The notes under the pieces were generated by a model. It was not told the DNA's origin and made no database searches. It saw nothing but the letters and a program-made list of their open reading frames with translations. A program made the translations under genes and the position numbers. Shown in pieces: positions 33,569 through 46,949 of a DNA stretch of 64,000 nucleotides; position 1 is the stretch's first letter; every line of letters begins with the position of its first letter. Origin of the DNA: Macrostomum hystrix (lineage: Eukaryota > Animalia > Platyhelminthes); contig CATNEN010000003.1 of NCBI GenBank assembly GCA_950097015.1, positions 3,658,001 to 3,722,000 on the forward strand, in the 5' to 3' direction.

Positions 33569-34975
33569 TCATTGTTTGCTGTCTTTTTGTCTCGAAGCAG
33601 CAGCAGCAGCAGCCCTATTAGCAGCAGCAGAACCATCAGCAGCAACAGCAACAGCAGCAGCAGCCGGATCAGCAGCAGCAGCCGGATCAGCAGCAGCAGA
33701 ACCATCAGCAACAGCAGAACCATCAGCAGCAGCAGCAGCAGCAGCCGGATCAGCAACAGCAGAACCATCAGCAGCAGCAGCAGCAGCAGCCGGATCAGCA
33801 GCAGCAGAACCATCAGCAACAGCAACAGCAGCCGGATCAGCAACAGCAGAACCATCAGCAACAGTAACAGCAGCCGGATCAGCAACAGCAACAGCAGCAG
33901 CAGCCGGATCAGCAACAGCAACAGCAGAACCATCAGCAGCAGCAGCAGCAGCAGCCGGATCAGCAACAGCAGAACCATCAGCAGCAGCAGCAGCAGCAGC
34001 CGGATCAGCAGCAGCAGAACCATCAGCAACAGCAACAGCAGCCGGATCAGCAACAGCAGAACCATCAGCAACAGGAACAGCAGCCGGATCAGCAACAGCA
34101 ACAGCAGCAGCAGCCGGATCAGCAACAGCAACAGCAGAACCATCAGCAACAGCAACAGCAGCAGCAGCCAGGTCAGCAACAGCAGTTGCAGCATCATCAG
34201 CACTCGGTAGACTTAAAATAGTATTTTCAGCAGACTCGTTGACTGGCTTGAGCAGCTGCTGAGCTGAACAGCTACGCGGAGGCTTCAACAATGGCTGTGT
34301 CGTCGGCGTCGGCGGAGGCAGATGCGGAGGCGGTGGCAGGGGCGGCGGAGGTGTGGGCGGCGCGTGCGACACCAACGATGGCGGTGGCGGAGGCGGCGGA
34401 GCCTGACTAAAGTCGAAAGCGGCGGGAATCTCCACACTTTTAGTGGCCTGAGCACGCCGCATTAGATTCTGCGAATAATCGATAGTGCGCGAACGAAGGA
34501 ATGTCTTGGCCGACTCCAGCACCGACGACGACTGATGACTAGACGACAACGAGGCGGCGGCAGCGGCAGCATTAGACGACGAAGCACCGTTTGCGAGGCT
34601 GTCAGCACCGATAGAGTCGCGCTTGATGGCATCGGTGACACTGGCTGCCATACTGCGTCGCCGCTTCTCGTAGTCCAGCTGCTGCTTGGTGAACAGGGCA
34701 TTACGAGCCAGCTCGCCTATCGACTGGAAGGTGCCACGGCTGCGGCCCATGGAGCGCAGGACGGACAAGAAGCAGTCGACATCGGTGACGTGGCCGGAGA
34801 TGTCGCGATCTAGTCTGGCAACGTCGGCTCGCTGAACGGCTAGTCGAGGTACAGTCTTCCTAATGTGCTCCTCAATGCGGTAGAGAGCCAAAGATGGCTC
34901 ATTGGCAAGAATTCTGGCTACTTCGCTCATCCGATCGGCCAGAGCACGAGCCCTAGCCTCCGTTTCGTTTGACAT
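33569..34975 (-). CDS. BORCS8: BLOC-1-related complex subunit 8 with long low-complexity C-terminal extension
   Basis: MSNETEARARALADRMSE..ILANEPSLALYRIEEHIRKTVP matches BORCS8/MEF2BNB (VLANEPSVALYRLQEHVRRSLP). Start placed at ATG 34975. Confidence 0.85.
   Translation of the reverse strand: MSNETEARARALADRMSEVARILANEPSLALYRIEEHIRKTVPRLAVQRADVARLDRDISGHVTDVDCFLSVLRSMGRSRGTFQSIGELARNALFTKQQLDYEKRRRSMAASVTDAIKRDSIGADSLANGASSSNAAAAAASLSSSHQSSSVLESAKTFLRSRTIDYSQNLMRRAQATKSVEIPAAFDFSQAPPPPPPPSLVSHAPPTPPPPLPPPPHLPPPTPTTQPLLKPPRSCSAQQLLKPVNESAENTILSLPSADDAATAVADLAAAAVAVADGSAVAVADPAAAAVAVADPAAVPVADGSAVADPAAVAVADGSAAADPAAAAAAADGSAVADPAAAAAAADGSAVAVADPAAAAVAVADPAAVTVADGSAVADPAAVAVADGSAAADPAAAAAAADGSAVADPAAAAAAADGSAVADGSAAADPAAAADPAAAAVAVAADGSAAANRAAAAAASRQKDSKQ
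33596..34200. repeat. CAG-rich minisatellite inside the BORCS8 reading frame
   Basis: (CAG/CAA)n interrupted by CCGGAT and AACCAT; all units are multiples of 3. Confidence 0.95.
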
Positions 34976-37376
34976 GCGTCTATTATTATTATTATTATTG
35001 CCGACACTACTAGTAGTAGCTAAGCTAGTTCTACCGGCGTAGATTAATTGCACATTGTTGTCCATGCATGTAGAAACAAATTAGGCATTTGATTAATTTT
35101 TCATCGATGCAATAAAATATCGACTTCTTTGGTAGTTACCTGGACAATGCCGTCTATTTGTTTTTGGCAATTCTGAAAATAAACAGAAGCTTTAAATACT
35201 AATTAAAGAGCTCAAATATGATTCAAGTTCGCAACGAGCGCACAGGTGGAATCAGGTTTCAGACTAGTTTTATATCAAACTAAAAATAGCTTAAAAATCA
35301 GTTAAGTGTGTGACTAGTTGAGGCTATTAAATAAAAGTTTTCTCATGACTAGCACTAGCCTATTTTAATTAAAAAACTGTACCTTAATAGTAAAATAGTT
35401 TCATAGAAGCTTCAATCAACTTAAGTAACTGACATATTGAATCTCTTTTGAGTTAAACCAGAGAAGATAAGACTTAACAATAAATTACTTCAAGATTGAC
35501 AGATATAAAAACTAAACTGACCCTTGTCCCAAACTGACAGACTTACAACACCTGAAACTAAATTAAATATTGCAAAAAAAACTCTAAAAACATGAAAAAT
35601 GTGGTCAGTTTTTTCATTCCTTCTGAAATATGACTTTTTATTTCCGTCAATTCACTTGGTTCACCACTATCCTTCACTGTGAATAGGCATTCAGGCTTCG
35701 AGAACTTCGCGGCAAATTCAGCACTCGGTGTCCGATTCGTAACAAGTTCTGCAGCACTTAGTTTGTTATGATCATCGCAATAAAGCACTCCTAAAACAAA
35801 TATAGAACAGACGCTGGCTCATAGAACAGCGTTTGATAAGAGATGGCAATCAACGGTACAATAGGCTAGAGTAACAATAGTTTCATATGTTATTTAATAA
35901 TCATATAATAGGTAAGGTAAAGTGGGGCAGCAAAGGCAAAGAAAAAAGCACGTGACTATACCTCACCGTTCTAGCTGATAGACTTTTATCTAGCTTAAAC
36001 TCGACTTGGGGGGGCTGGAAAATGTATTGCAATCGCATGTATAAGATTAATGAGCTAGACTGGATAGACACACTATAGTAGTCTAAGGGCAATCTTTATG
36101 GACACAATAAAAAACTTTGAACTGGCAAATGAGTTATGCATTTTTAATGAAGTAACTTTGCTGTTTTCTAAATAACTCATATTGTGTACATGACATTAGG
36201 GACATATATTGTTAATTTATTAATATAACTGGGGAAACTGATTGATTTTTTATTACTAAATCGAAAGCGCAGCGAGCCGAATAATAAAAAGAAAACAGAA
36301 GAAAAATAACAACTCAACAGCAATGCTCTACTAATCGATACAATAGCCACTCGGGTTACTAGCTACAGTTAATATGCGGAATAAGCAGCCTAATTACTTT
36401 TGAATCTATTTTTAATAATCGCACATTACTAATAGTAGTTAATAAGGTGTGACTCATTTTATTGTTTCTAAACTCTTTCACCAGTATGCAGTTTTAGATT
36501 TCTGATATAGTCATAAAAATAACTGCAGACAACAATTTGGCAACCGAATAAATAAATTGTAAAATAGTTAAGTCTTACGAGAATAGATTTAATAAATGTT
36601 TTTTTCGCGCTTATTAATGTGTCTCAAGTTAAGTTTATATATATACTTGTTATATTGAAACTGGACAAAAAGCACAGAAGTAGACTGGGAAGGCGTACAC
36701 AGGAGGGCTGAGAACCAACACAAACTTAAGAGAAGAGGCCTAATGAGGATCATCTAGTCAAGCATGGGATGGATCGCTAATCCATAGCAGTTGGAATTTT
36801 ATTAAATTGACTCTGCATTAAACCAGGTGTGCCACTTGAAGAATTATTAATATGAATTGGAAAATTCAATCATACTTGAACAATAAAATTAAGAAGAAAG
36901 CCAAGCATCAAAAAGCAGAAGAAACCAACAAGTTACTGAACTATTTAATTCATATTTCTTCTTTTTTAGTTAAAGTAGTAAATTTTGCTTTTAAAAAAAA
37001 TAAGAAAGAAGGCGAACAAATGTTAAATAGCTTGTTGACTTATCCGCACAATATGAAACAATAACCGTTGTTTTCCGTTAATTTGTCGACAATGGCTAAA
37101 GTTGCAATTAAGATTTCAGATTTTATTTATAACTGTTTTGAAAATCCACAAAACTCACATTTTATGCCACAATCTTTGTCAAAGAAAACCAAATCGAACC
37201 TGCAAATTAGCAGCAAACTAGGTCAGTTAGAACTTTGATGGTGGTGAAAATTGTGAATTAGTCATTGCCTTCCTCATCGGTCTAGACGATATCTTTGCCC
37301 CACACAATCCGATTGCTGACGATTTCTAGACTAGGCCATTGGCGGGGAAGGCAATCTCAGGCCAGTATTGGCCGAA

Positions 37377-38291
37377 TTAGGCCTTGCCCTTGTCCTGGAC
37401 TGAGCGACAAGCGACCACGCCTTCTTCGTTCATCGAGCACAGAACCTGCAATGCGATGGATGGCGCTATTAGTGAGCACGTTGGTGATGGCGCGCTGTAC
37501 TAAATGTGTGAGAGAGGGAAGGTATGGGGAAGAAGTGGGAGAAGGGATGAAGGAGAAGTGGGAGAAGGGATGAGGGAGAAGTGGGAGAAGGGATGAGGCA
37601 GAAGTGGGAGAAGGGATGAGGGAGAAGTGGGAGAAGGGATGAGGGAGAAGTGGGAGAAGGGATGAGGGAGAAGGGATGAGGGAGAAGTGGGAGAAGAGAT
37701 GAGGGAGAAGTGGGAGAAGGGATGAGGGAGAAGTGGGAGAAGAGATGAGGGAGAAGTGGGAGAAGGGATGAGGGAGAAGTGGGAGAAGGGATGAGGGAGA
37801 AGTGGGAGTGGGCAGTAAGAATAAACTGAGTAGACTGAGAAGTAGGAGAACCAAGGCATTAATAATTGGCTCACCTGGATAACAAGCGACTCTTCGGCTT
37901 CAAAGCGGCGACGAATCTCGTTGCCAAGATCGCCGTCTGGCAGGCGAACGTCCTCCTTCATGTCGCCATTCTCGGCCATCAGCTCCAGGAAGCTCTCATC
38001 CGAGATGTTCACAAGCTGGTACTCGCGCCTAATAACAGTGGGCTCCTGGACGATGGCGCTAGACGGCGACACTTCTTCGTACTTCTTGCCATTGAAGATG
38101 TCGATGGCCACCAGATTGACCTTGGCGGAGCCGTGCTTGCCAGTCTTGGAGGTGCTCATCTCAACGATCTTGCTCGGACGGCCCTTGATGAGAATATAAC
38201 CGCCCTTCCTAAGAGCGCTGCACGATTTCGGAACTGACAGAGAGGCGCCAGCATCGGCGCTTTGGTATTCATTGTCTTCGTATTCGGCCAT
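37377..38291 (-). CDS. EIF5A: Eukaryotic translation initiation factor 5A
   Basis: Exons 37875-38291 and 37377-37445 ([22 protein letters not shown]). [25 protein letters not shown] hypusine loop. Confidence 0.95.
37515..37810. repeat. Intronic GA-rich minisatellite, 23-bp unit
   Basis: GGGAGAAGTGGGAGAAGGGATGA tandem array. Confidence 0.95.
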
Positions 38292-39514
38292 AGTTTAAAT
38301 TAAAATTCCTTTTATTTAGATCTGCCAAATTAAGTAGAAAACAACGGTCGCAGACTAAGATGCGCTGGGCTGGAAAACAAAGCAAAGATGAAATGTTTTT
38401 TTAGCTTTATTGAAAAAATTATCGACCTTTAAAGTTATTTTGTTATGCAGAAATGGGGTTTAGCCTTGTGGGTATAGCATTGAGCCCCACAGAATTTCAT
38501 GTGTTAACTTGGTCTTGCTTAGGTTATATCTAAATACATATAAGTTATTAGTTGAATAAAGTTTTATTTTATTAATGCGCTACGCAAGTTTAAAAGACAA
38601 ACAATAGCATGCGGTGTTTAATACCAGGCTGCGCGAGCCAACTAAAAGTCATGTGTATATTTCTTTACTGTTGACAGCAATAAAATACCAACCCCCCGTC
38701 AACTTTGAATTAGACAGAAAATGCCAACACTAGAATATAGTTAAAGATTATAGTTTTACTAGTCAGTTAACTGTTATTATTTTCAATCGGATAAGACAAG
38801 CAATACGAGAACAGGGCATGCTGATATACAGCTGTTAAAAGCGACACAATGGCAATTGTAAGTTACCGAACAGTTCAAAGATAAGAAGACTATTTAAGAA
38901 AAAAAGCAGACAAGATAATTGACACTTAGACGAAGAGTGAAAAACTCTACAAGTTGCCGCTTTTTAAAGGTCAAAATTCAACAACGAATCGCGAGTTGTA
39001 GATATAGCAAATACAGTTTTGTCTGTACAATAAAATTAGTAAATGGAGAATAAAAATGCTTGATTGATCATTTAAATATCGTTAACAATAAGAAACCGGT
39101 TTGTTATTTTAAGTTAAAAACACAGATTATTATTTACAGGTTTTAGTAAAATGTAAATTTTCTCGCATGCCACTAAATGGTAATATCTTATCAATCCACG
39201 ATTAAATAATGCCAACCAGAATACACAGCAAGTAATGTAGAATACAGAAAATAACCAATAGAGAACAAGCTGTACTTGTAAAAAAGAGACACACGAGCGG
39301 TGCAAAGGTGCGCATTAAAATTGTATAAATATAGATGATTTCAAAATGAATGGTAAAAGTGCAATATCAAGACTAATAAAAATCAAAAACATCAAAATTT
39401 TAGCCGAACACAAAAAATCAGAACTAGCAACAAAACATTCAAATAACAAGTTTATAATGAGCTCTAAAATAAAAAACTAATAATTGAAAAAGCACATAAT
39501 CTACAAACGACTCA

Positions 39515-42500
39515 TTAATCAACATCGCTCAGGCCTTCGCTATCCGAGTAGACGTATTTCACCGCCGAAGATTTAGCTCCGCGACTAGGCCGATCGGCTG
39601 AGACTGGATCGGACGAATCCGCCGCGGATTTCAATCTTACATCGTCGTCGTCGTCATCGTCGTCACTGTCGCACTCCCAGGGCTTCTTCTGCTTCTGAGA
39701 GCCGGCACTGGACTGCTTGACTTTCTTTGACTTCGGCTGGGTTGGCTTCTCGTCCGTGTCTGCGGACTTCCTGGCCTTCTTAGCTGCGGGCTTCTTAACT
39801 AGCATAGACTTCGGCTTCGTTGTTTTAGTCGTTGGCGACTTCTTGGATTTCTTAACCGGTGTAGACTGACTAGCAGGACGAAAGTCTTCGTCTGAGTCCT
39901 GAGGATCGTCATGATCATTATCGAGGTCGCTTAGCGAAGACAACGAATCTTCGCTGCTATCATCAGCCGGGCGTTTCTTAGCCTTCCCGGCCGATTTGGT
40001 CTTTGTTGTTGCTGTTGTTGTAGTAGTCGGCTTCTTCTTGACAGTCTTGCTCTGTACAGCTGGCGATGTTGTTGAAGCTGCTGCTGGACACTTTTTAGAA
40101 GCTTCAGCTGATGCGGAAGTAGATGCTGAGCCGCCTACTAAGCAGGAGACGTCCACGCCAGAGTCGGACAGTCGCTGCCAGAGCGGCTTTGGCCCAGCGC
40201 CGCCGAACTCGCCGTCGCTATCAAATTCGAATCCGCCGGCAGCAGCCGCCAATTTGGCCTTCTGTTGCTTCTTTGCCTGCTTGGCAGGTGCTTTATCGCC
40301 GTCATTGCCAGCCAGCTGCTGTTGCTGCCTGACTCTAGCCAGCATCTGTTCGTCAACCTGAGGAACGATTCGACGAGCGCCCAGCGTCGGCAAGTGTTCG
40401 ACTGTTAGCCTGGCAGATTTAGCTGTCCGAGCTTTATTACCGGCTGCGGCCATCTTGGCTGCAGCCAGCTTGCGAGCCTGCTCATCGGCTCGATCGGCTT
40501 CAAGCTTAGTCAGCTGATCGATGGCCGACTGAAGACTGTCCAAATCTTCTGTCCACATGGCGCGCGGAGTTTTAGCTCGCAGAGTTGTCAATTCCGCTGA
40601 CTTGGCATCGCGTTGACGCAATAATTCGTCTTTACGTTCGCGAGTTAACGACAGCATCGGCAGGCTGAGCAGATAGTGGTATTCGGGACCATCGGCGCTG
40701 GACGATGCAGCGTCGTCAGCTGATGGATCATCGGCTGCGCCAAGGCTGGCGAAGGAAGCCAAATTGGCGCGCCAGCTTTTGACGGGATCAGAGTCGAAGC
40801 CGGAGCTCTGTAGCAGCTTGACGCAGGCGGCACTGAAACAATGTAAGATAATTTGTTATTAACAGTAGAAGGAGAACGCTATTTTCCTTCCTTGGTATTA
40901 CAAATACCCACTGCCTACTTCACGATAGCTCCCAAACCGAATGACCGATTTTCGCTAAAGTCCACTGTTCGATGAACAAGTAGCACTGATAGCTGTATAA
41001 ACCTCTATGGCGAATCCATGTTGGTTCAAAAAACAATTTAATCCATACAAAATAGATGACATTGTTACATGATGAAATTGCGTGCAGAAAATGTGTGCCT
41101 ATCGTGTTGGTTTTTTGCCACAAGACACCCCGACGAGAATCGTTGAATATCTCGACGATGTCGATGTTTGGTGATTATGGAAACAGTTTTATCGGATAGA
41201 TCGTAAAATTCTAGGCCGTATTCTAATTAGCAAACATACAGAGGGGTAAGACACCTACCGAGGTAAATCTTCAATAACGAGCCGCTTCTCAATCTTGTCC
41301 ACAATGAACCTGGCCTGATTGTCTAGTTTAAGGCTCTCAGCTGCCAGCTTGCCTAGCAGGTAGAGCTTTCTCTTCTCGTACCAGTCTAGTCGAAGGTTGA
41401 AGAATTCGCGCAGAATCTCTTCAACGGTGTTGTAGCGCTTGATGCAGTCGTTCTGATCGAAAAGGATCATAAAATTGGTGGTCAGGCTAGTCTGCAGTTT
41501 GAAGAATTTGTGCAGCCCAATCTCTTCGGCGGCGCGAAGTTTATCGGCGGACATTTGCACTACAAACTTCACGGTAGTGTCTGTGTGATATTCCTTGTAG
41601 TCTTGAATCTTTGGTGGCTGCTTCTCTGTACCGTTGAGCATAGGCTCAAGTACGGACTCTTTGTAGGCCTGTGTCCAAGTCTTCACCGGTAGTTCAGTAA
41701 TTTCCACGGTGTTGTCATCAACTACGGCCACCTCGCCAAAGATAGCGTATTTATTCGTGTCTAATTCGCGTATTTCGCCGCGGAAGCCACGAAACGCCGG
41801 CAGCATGGGTTTCGGCTCTTCGCCAGAAAGCATTCGGCGAAGATTGGCAATGATGTCGGCCACATCAAAGTTAGGAATCTTGGTGCTCCAACCTGTGCCA
41901 ATGCCATCAGCGCCATTTACTAGCACCATTGGCAGCACCGGCATGTACCACTTTGGCTCAATAGTCAGATTGTCATCGCGTTGAAATTCTAGCATAGGCT
42001 CGTCGGCCGGATTAAACACGTGACGCGTTAGCGGCGACAAGGATGTAAAAATGTAGCGCGGACTAGCCGCGTCACGACCACCGTGCAGTCTGGTGCCAAA
42101 TTGACCGTGCGGTAGTAACAGATTTAAATTGTTGGCGCCGACAAAGTCCTGGGCTAGACCAATGATGGTGCCCATTAGGGACACCTCGCCATGGTGATAG
42201 GCTGACAGTTCGGCAACGGAGCCAGCAAGTTGAGCGACCTTAATCTCCTTGAATAGATTGCGCTTAAAGCAGGTGAACATCACCTTTCTCTGGCCAGGTT
42301 TTAATCCGTCAATCATAGACGGTATGGATCTCTCGTTATCCATATTGGAGAACAAGATGAGCTCTTTATTGACAAAGTCCGAGTAGGACACCGATCGAGT
42401 GTCGCGCTCGTACAGGTAGGTCTCCTGTAGGCCGAGATCAATCCGACGCCGGCGCTCCTCCATCCAGTTGGAGAGCCATTCCTTGCGCGAGTCTGAGCTC

Positions 42501-44553
42501 TTGCCGAATGCCAGCTTGATGGCTTCATCGTCTTCTTCGCCCTGATGTTAAAAGAATTGGTGTAAAATGGTAAAAAATATGTAAATAATTGTAAGACAGT
42601 GTAAAACGCGAAGTCTCTAATTACCTTATAAGTGAACTTGATTCGGTGCCTGGTCATATCGTTAAAATAATCTTTAGCCTCAGCCGAAGTGGAGGTACCA
42701 AGACCTTTGTAATACTTGACACGCCAGGTGTGCCAGTCAGGCGTGGCATTGCGCCACTCTTCAAACTCTGGCATAGAGAAGAACGATAATTCTAACTTGT
42801 TTTTGAAGACTTTCACAATAGGCGTAATGAACTCTTCGATGAAATTCTGACGCAACAATTCGGGCCATTTGAAGTGCAAGAAGTTGATAATCAATCCTTT
42901 AATGTGCGAGCCATCCTGGTCTTGATCGGCCATGATCATCACCTTGCCGTAACGAAGGGTCTTCAGATCCTCAGGAGTATTGTACTTCTTGCTGTACTGC
43001 AGCCCGAGAATCTTTACCAGGCTGTTGATCTCGGCGTTTTCCATCATCTGCTGAAAGGATGCTTCGCGAGCGTTGAGCAGTTTGCCTCGCAGAGGAAATA
43101 CACCGTAGCGATCGCGGCCAACAACGCCGAGGCCGGCAACAGCCAGACTCTTGGCGGAGTCGCCCTCGGTGAGAATGAGGACGCACTCGAGCGACTGTTT
43201 AGTGCCAGCTAAATTGGCATCGTCCAGTTTAGCTATGCCTTTAAGCTTGCTGTGCTTAGCTTTGTGACACTGCTTGTCCAAGTTTTGCATGGTCTTGAAC
43301 CGCACCCAATTCATGACAGCCTCAATGATGCCACATTTGCCAGCCTTGGCGATAAATTTTTGACCTAGATCGCATTTCGAGCCGAACATTGACTGCTGCA
43401 GCGTCATGTACTCTTTTGTCTGCGAATCGAATGTCGGATTCTCCACTAGGCAACGGCAGAACAGCCACAGATGATTTTTTAGGTTGGACGGCTTAATTTG
43501 GACGCCGCCTTTACCTTGCTTTTTCTTGACAACCTCGATGAGCTGCTTAACAATCTGATCAGCTACGTAGTCAACGTGCCTACCACCTTTAGAAGTAGCA
43601 ATAGAATTGACAAAGCTGATCTGTTTGAAGCCATCAGTGCTTAGAGTGACAGCCACTTCCCAACGATCGTTGATCTGTTCGTGCACAGCCTTCAGAGGAT
43701 TGCCAGCATCGTCAGTTTTGTCTTTTAGGTACAAATCAACGTAATCCTTGAAAGTCTTAACGCCGAGTCTTTTGCCGTTTAAGAAGACCTTTATGCCGGG
43801 ACAAGAGGCGGCAACATCGTAGGCTCGTCGAGTGAACAGATCCACCATATCTTTGGTGAGCTTCTGCATTTTGAACTTCTTTAAGTCGGGCTTAAATGTT
43901 ACGCAGGTGAAGTCTTCCGGACTGGCATCCGAAAGGCGAACATCCGTCGCTTTGGACATGTTGCCGTGCCAGGTCTGTTTGAATTTCTTTCTATACTGCT
44001 TGCAAGAAGTCTCCAGAGTGAATTCTGTGCTAAACACGTTGCATAGCTTGGCCCCGTAGCCGTTCCTGCCACCGGTGACTTTCTTTTCGTCGTCGTTAAA
44101 GTTGCTAGAGGTAAGCAGGTGACCAAAGATAAGCGTCGGAACTAGCATCTTCTCTTCCTTATGCTCAACAACAGGGATGCCTTTGCCATTATTCCAGATC
44201 TTGATGACATTCTCCTCCGGTTGGATGTCAATTTTAATGCAAGACATGCTCGGATCTCGTTGCTTGTTATCGGCCGCATTAACAAGGATTTCGTCAAATA
44301 TTTTGTACAATCCGGGCACAAAGGTAATGTCTCGCTGAACCATAGCTTCAGTTTCAGAGTCGAATACCCACATAGATTGTGTCACCGGTTCTACGGATCC
44401 GATGTAAGTGTCCGGTCGAAGCAAAATATGCTCTAACTGAGTCTTCTTCTGATATGTCTTCTCAATTGATCCTTTTCCAGTCTTAGCTTGGCCGACGTCG
44501 AGCTCGGGCAGTGGGACCAGATGGCTGGACGCGAAAGCTTCCAAGTCCGCCAT
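39515..44553 (-). CDS. TOP2: DNA topoisomerase II
   Basis: Exons 42625-44553, 41259-42541, 39515-40832. Motifs: EILVNAADN, GGRNGYGAK, TEGDSA, PLRGK, DQDQDGSHIKG, YYKGLGTS, catalytic Tyr in ASPRY; Lys/Asp-rich tail. Confidence 0.97.
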
Positions 44554-44694
44554 GTTTAAGAGGCGGACTTTTGCTTCTGACAAAGTCTTTTTTAAACAAA
44601 ATACTTGACGCGTTTAGTATAGATTTTTTGCCGTATCTCTTAAAGCGGTGTCTGAAATGGGCAATGCGCATCAGAACATTATTTATTAACAGTC

Positions 44695-44920
44695 GACCCG
44701 CAGCAAGCGAGAGGCCATTCTGCTTATTTCGCTGACTCCTGAACACACTGATACCGTAGGCAGACACAGAGACATAAATGTGTACATCTGTCATCTGAAT
44801 TGTTCATTGTCAGTGCGTTGGGAGTTTGCACTCATGAGCAAGCCCTAAAGCTTAATTAATGTGGCCTCGAATCGAGCACTCGGACCACTGAGAGGTAACC
44901 ACTTATGCCACTAGCCCCCC
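44695..44920 (-). mobile_element. SINE family B (diverged)
   Basis: ATTTCGCTGACTCCTGA, TGTGTACATCTG and ATGTGGCCTCG blocks shared with 6060-6402. Confidence 0.7.
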
Positions 44921-45569
44921 TCGACAAAAACCGAAAGCAGTAAACTAGAAACCAGAGAGATTAGTTGTTCTAGAGGGGGAGGGATAATTTATTGATAACT
45001 GGTAATCGTGGGCAAAAACCTATTATCCTGGGTAATCCTTACAAACAAAGCAGAAACCACTAAACTAAAAGGGGAACAAGTAATAAAATTAAACAGCTTA
45101 CAAAAAACACATTTGAAAAAAACTGAGATTTTTCACGTAAAAGATCTTACTTTATTCAGTATTTTGTTGAGTAGATTACAAACCTAACAATGTCAAAACT
45201 TATCATTCTTAAATATCTAATGAAAATTGACTATAATATCCGTACCGGGAGAAAAAATATTACAATAGCTGTGGAACAATTAAATTCAGCTTAATGAGCC
45301 ACTGTGTACCTAGTCGGAAAATGTGTTCATGCAAAATATAAATATTGAATATTGCGTGAAGGGTATCAACTGAATCTGATATATTTAGTAGTGCAAGCCA
45401 AAACTACTAAATTATGAATTATGAACTCCATGATAAGAAAGCCTAGTATGCAGAACAAGCCTCATTCCTCAACCCCAAATCATATGGACTAAGCTATACT
45501 GTTCATCCCATCTTAGGGATTAAATTGATTGACAATTACCAACAAATCGCCTAATAGGATAATATGAAG

Positions 45570-46835
45570 CTACGTAGGGCAGGTGCTGACAGCGGGCAGA
45601 ACTTTGCCAGTACAAGAGCCGAATCCGATTCTATGACCGTCGCCTTCGCACCAGCCGGTCATAACCACTTCGTCGCCGTCTTGCAAGAATCGCCTAGTAA
45701 CATCGCCGCCAAGGCTAACCGGCTTTGAGCCCTTCCAGGACAATTCTAGCATCGAGCCGTAGCTGTCTTCGGTGGGACCGGAAATTGTGCCCGAAGCTAG
45801 CAAATCACCAGGACGGATATTGCACCCAGTGACAGTGTGATGCGCCAATTGCTGCTTCATAGTCCAGTACATGTGCTTGAAGTTTGATCTAGTAACAACG
45901 CTTGCTTGAGCGGTGCCCTCCGGCTTAATGCCAACCTCCAGACTGATGTCAAAAGTGTATGGATCAGAATGCTTTAGATAGGGCATCGGAGCGGGATCCT
46001 GGGCATAGTTAGGCCTGGCAAATGGCGCCAAAGCGTCCATGGTAACAACCCAGGGACTGATGGTAGTGCCAAAGTTCTTGGCCAGAAAGGGACCAAGCGG
46101 GACGTACTCCCATTTCTGAATGTCGCGCGCAGACCAATCATTCATGAGCACCATGCCGAAGATATGCTCATCGGCTTTGTCAATAGGTATCGGCTCGCCC
46201 AAGCCATTGCCCGGACCAGTGAAGAAGGCCATCTCTAGTTCAAAGTCCAATAGTTTGCACGGTCCAAACACTGGCGGCTGATCTTCAGCTGGGCAGGTCT
46301 GGCCAACTGGACGATGAAGAGGCGTTCCGGAAATGACAACGGAACTAGCGCGACCATGATAGCCAACTGGCAGCCACTTCCAATTGGGCATCAGGGCGTT
46401 ATCCTTTCCGCGAAACATTGTGCCAACATTTGTGGCATGATCGATTGAAGAATAGAAATCTGTGTAATCGCCAATGTTAGCTGGCAGGTGCATGCGGGCG
46501 CGCTCCTGCGACACAAACGCGCTCTGCATCAGGTGGGAATTGCCCTGTAGGGTTAGATTATCGGCACTGAGCAGTTTTTGAAGCGTAGCTCGAGCCTCTC
46601 TCCAGGCGGGCCTACCGAGGGCCATGAAATCGTTGAGCACAGTCGACTCAAACACGGCCTGATGAGGCTTAAGACAGGGTCCATCAAAGAACTGTTTCAC
46701 AAGCGACAAGTCGAGAATCTGGTCGCCAATGGCAACGCCGATGCGATGACGAGGATTATCCTCGGTGGAAAACACGCCATAGGGCAGATTTTGCAGAGGA
46801 AAATGAGACTCGGGCGACACCGGAATGAAGGACAT
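45570..46835 (-). CDS. FAH: Fumarylacetoacetase (intronless CDS)
   Basis: [71 protein letters not shown]; 421 aa. Confidence 0.98.
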   Translation of the reverse strand: MSFIPVSPESHFPLQNLPYGVFSTEDNPRHRIGVAIGDQILDLSLVKQFFDGPCLKPHQAVFESTVLNDFMALGRPAWREARATLQKLLSADNLTLQGNSHLMQSAFVSQERARMHLPANIGDYTDFYSSIDHATNVGTMFRGKDNALMPNWKWLPVGYHGRASSVVISGTPLHRPVGQTCPAEDQPPVFGPCKLLDFELEMAFFTGPGNGLGEPIPIDKADEHIFGMVLMNDWSARDIQKWEYVPLGPFLAKNFGTTISPWVVTMDALAPFARPNYAQDPAPMPYLKHSDPYTFDISLEVGIKPEGTAQASVVTRSNFKHMYWTMKQQLAHHTVTGCNIRPGDLLASGTISGPTEDSYGSMLELSWKGSKPVSLGGDVTRRFLQDGDEVVMTGWCEGDGHRIGFGSCTGKVLPAVSTCPT

Positions 46836-46949
46836 TGCGCTATTGCTAGCTGCAAATTAGGTGTTTATTAACTTTTATCTTAAGCGTGTAAGAAATATTA
46901 CAGTAGATCATTCTAATGCGACACGATATAAAGCATAACAGGACAATAA

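Noticed and set aside
33514-34262. Poly-Leu, poly-Ser and poly-Ala ORFs in alternative frames
   Set aside because: By-products of the stop-free CAG-rich repeat. Only the frame continuous with BORCS8 has support.
35558-36092. Possible small gene between eIF5A and BORCS8
   Set aside because: Splice-like sites exist (35967-36014, 35790) but I could not join them into a coherent frame, and there is no recognisable motif.
37446-37874. Extended eIF5A C-terminus in the ORF track (263 aa)
   Set aside because: Read-through into an intron minisatellite. The true C-terminus is in exon 37377-37445.
45570-46835. Intronless FAH as a horizontal transfer or retrocopy
   Set aside because: The sequence is animal-type, neighbouring genes are also intron-poor, and there is no poly(A) or TSD scar.
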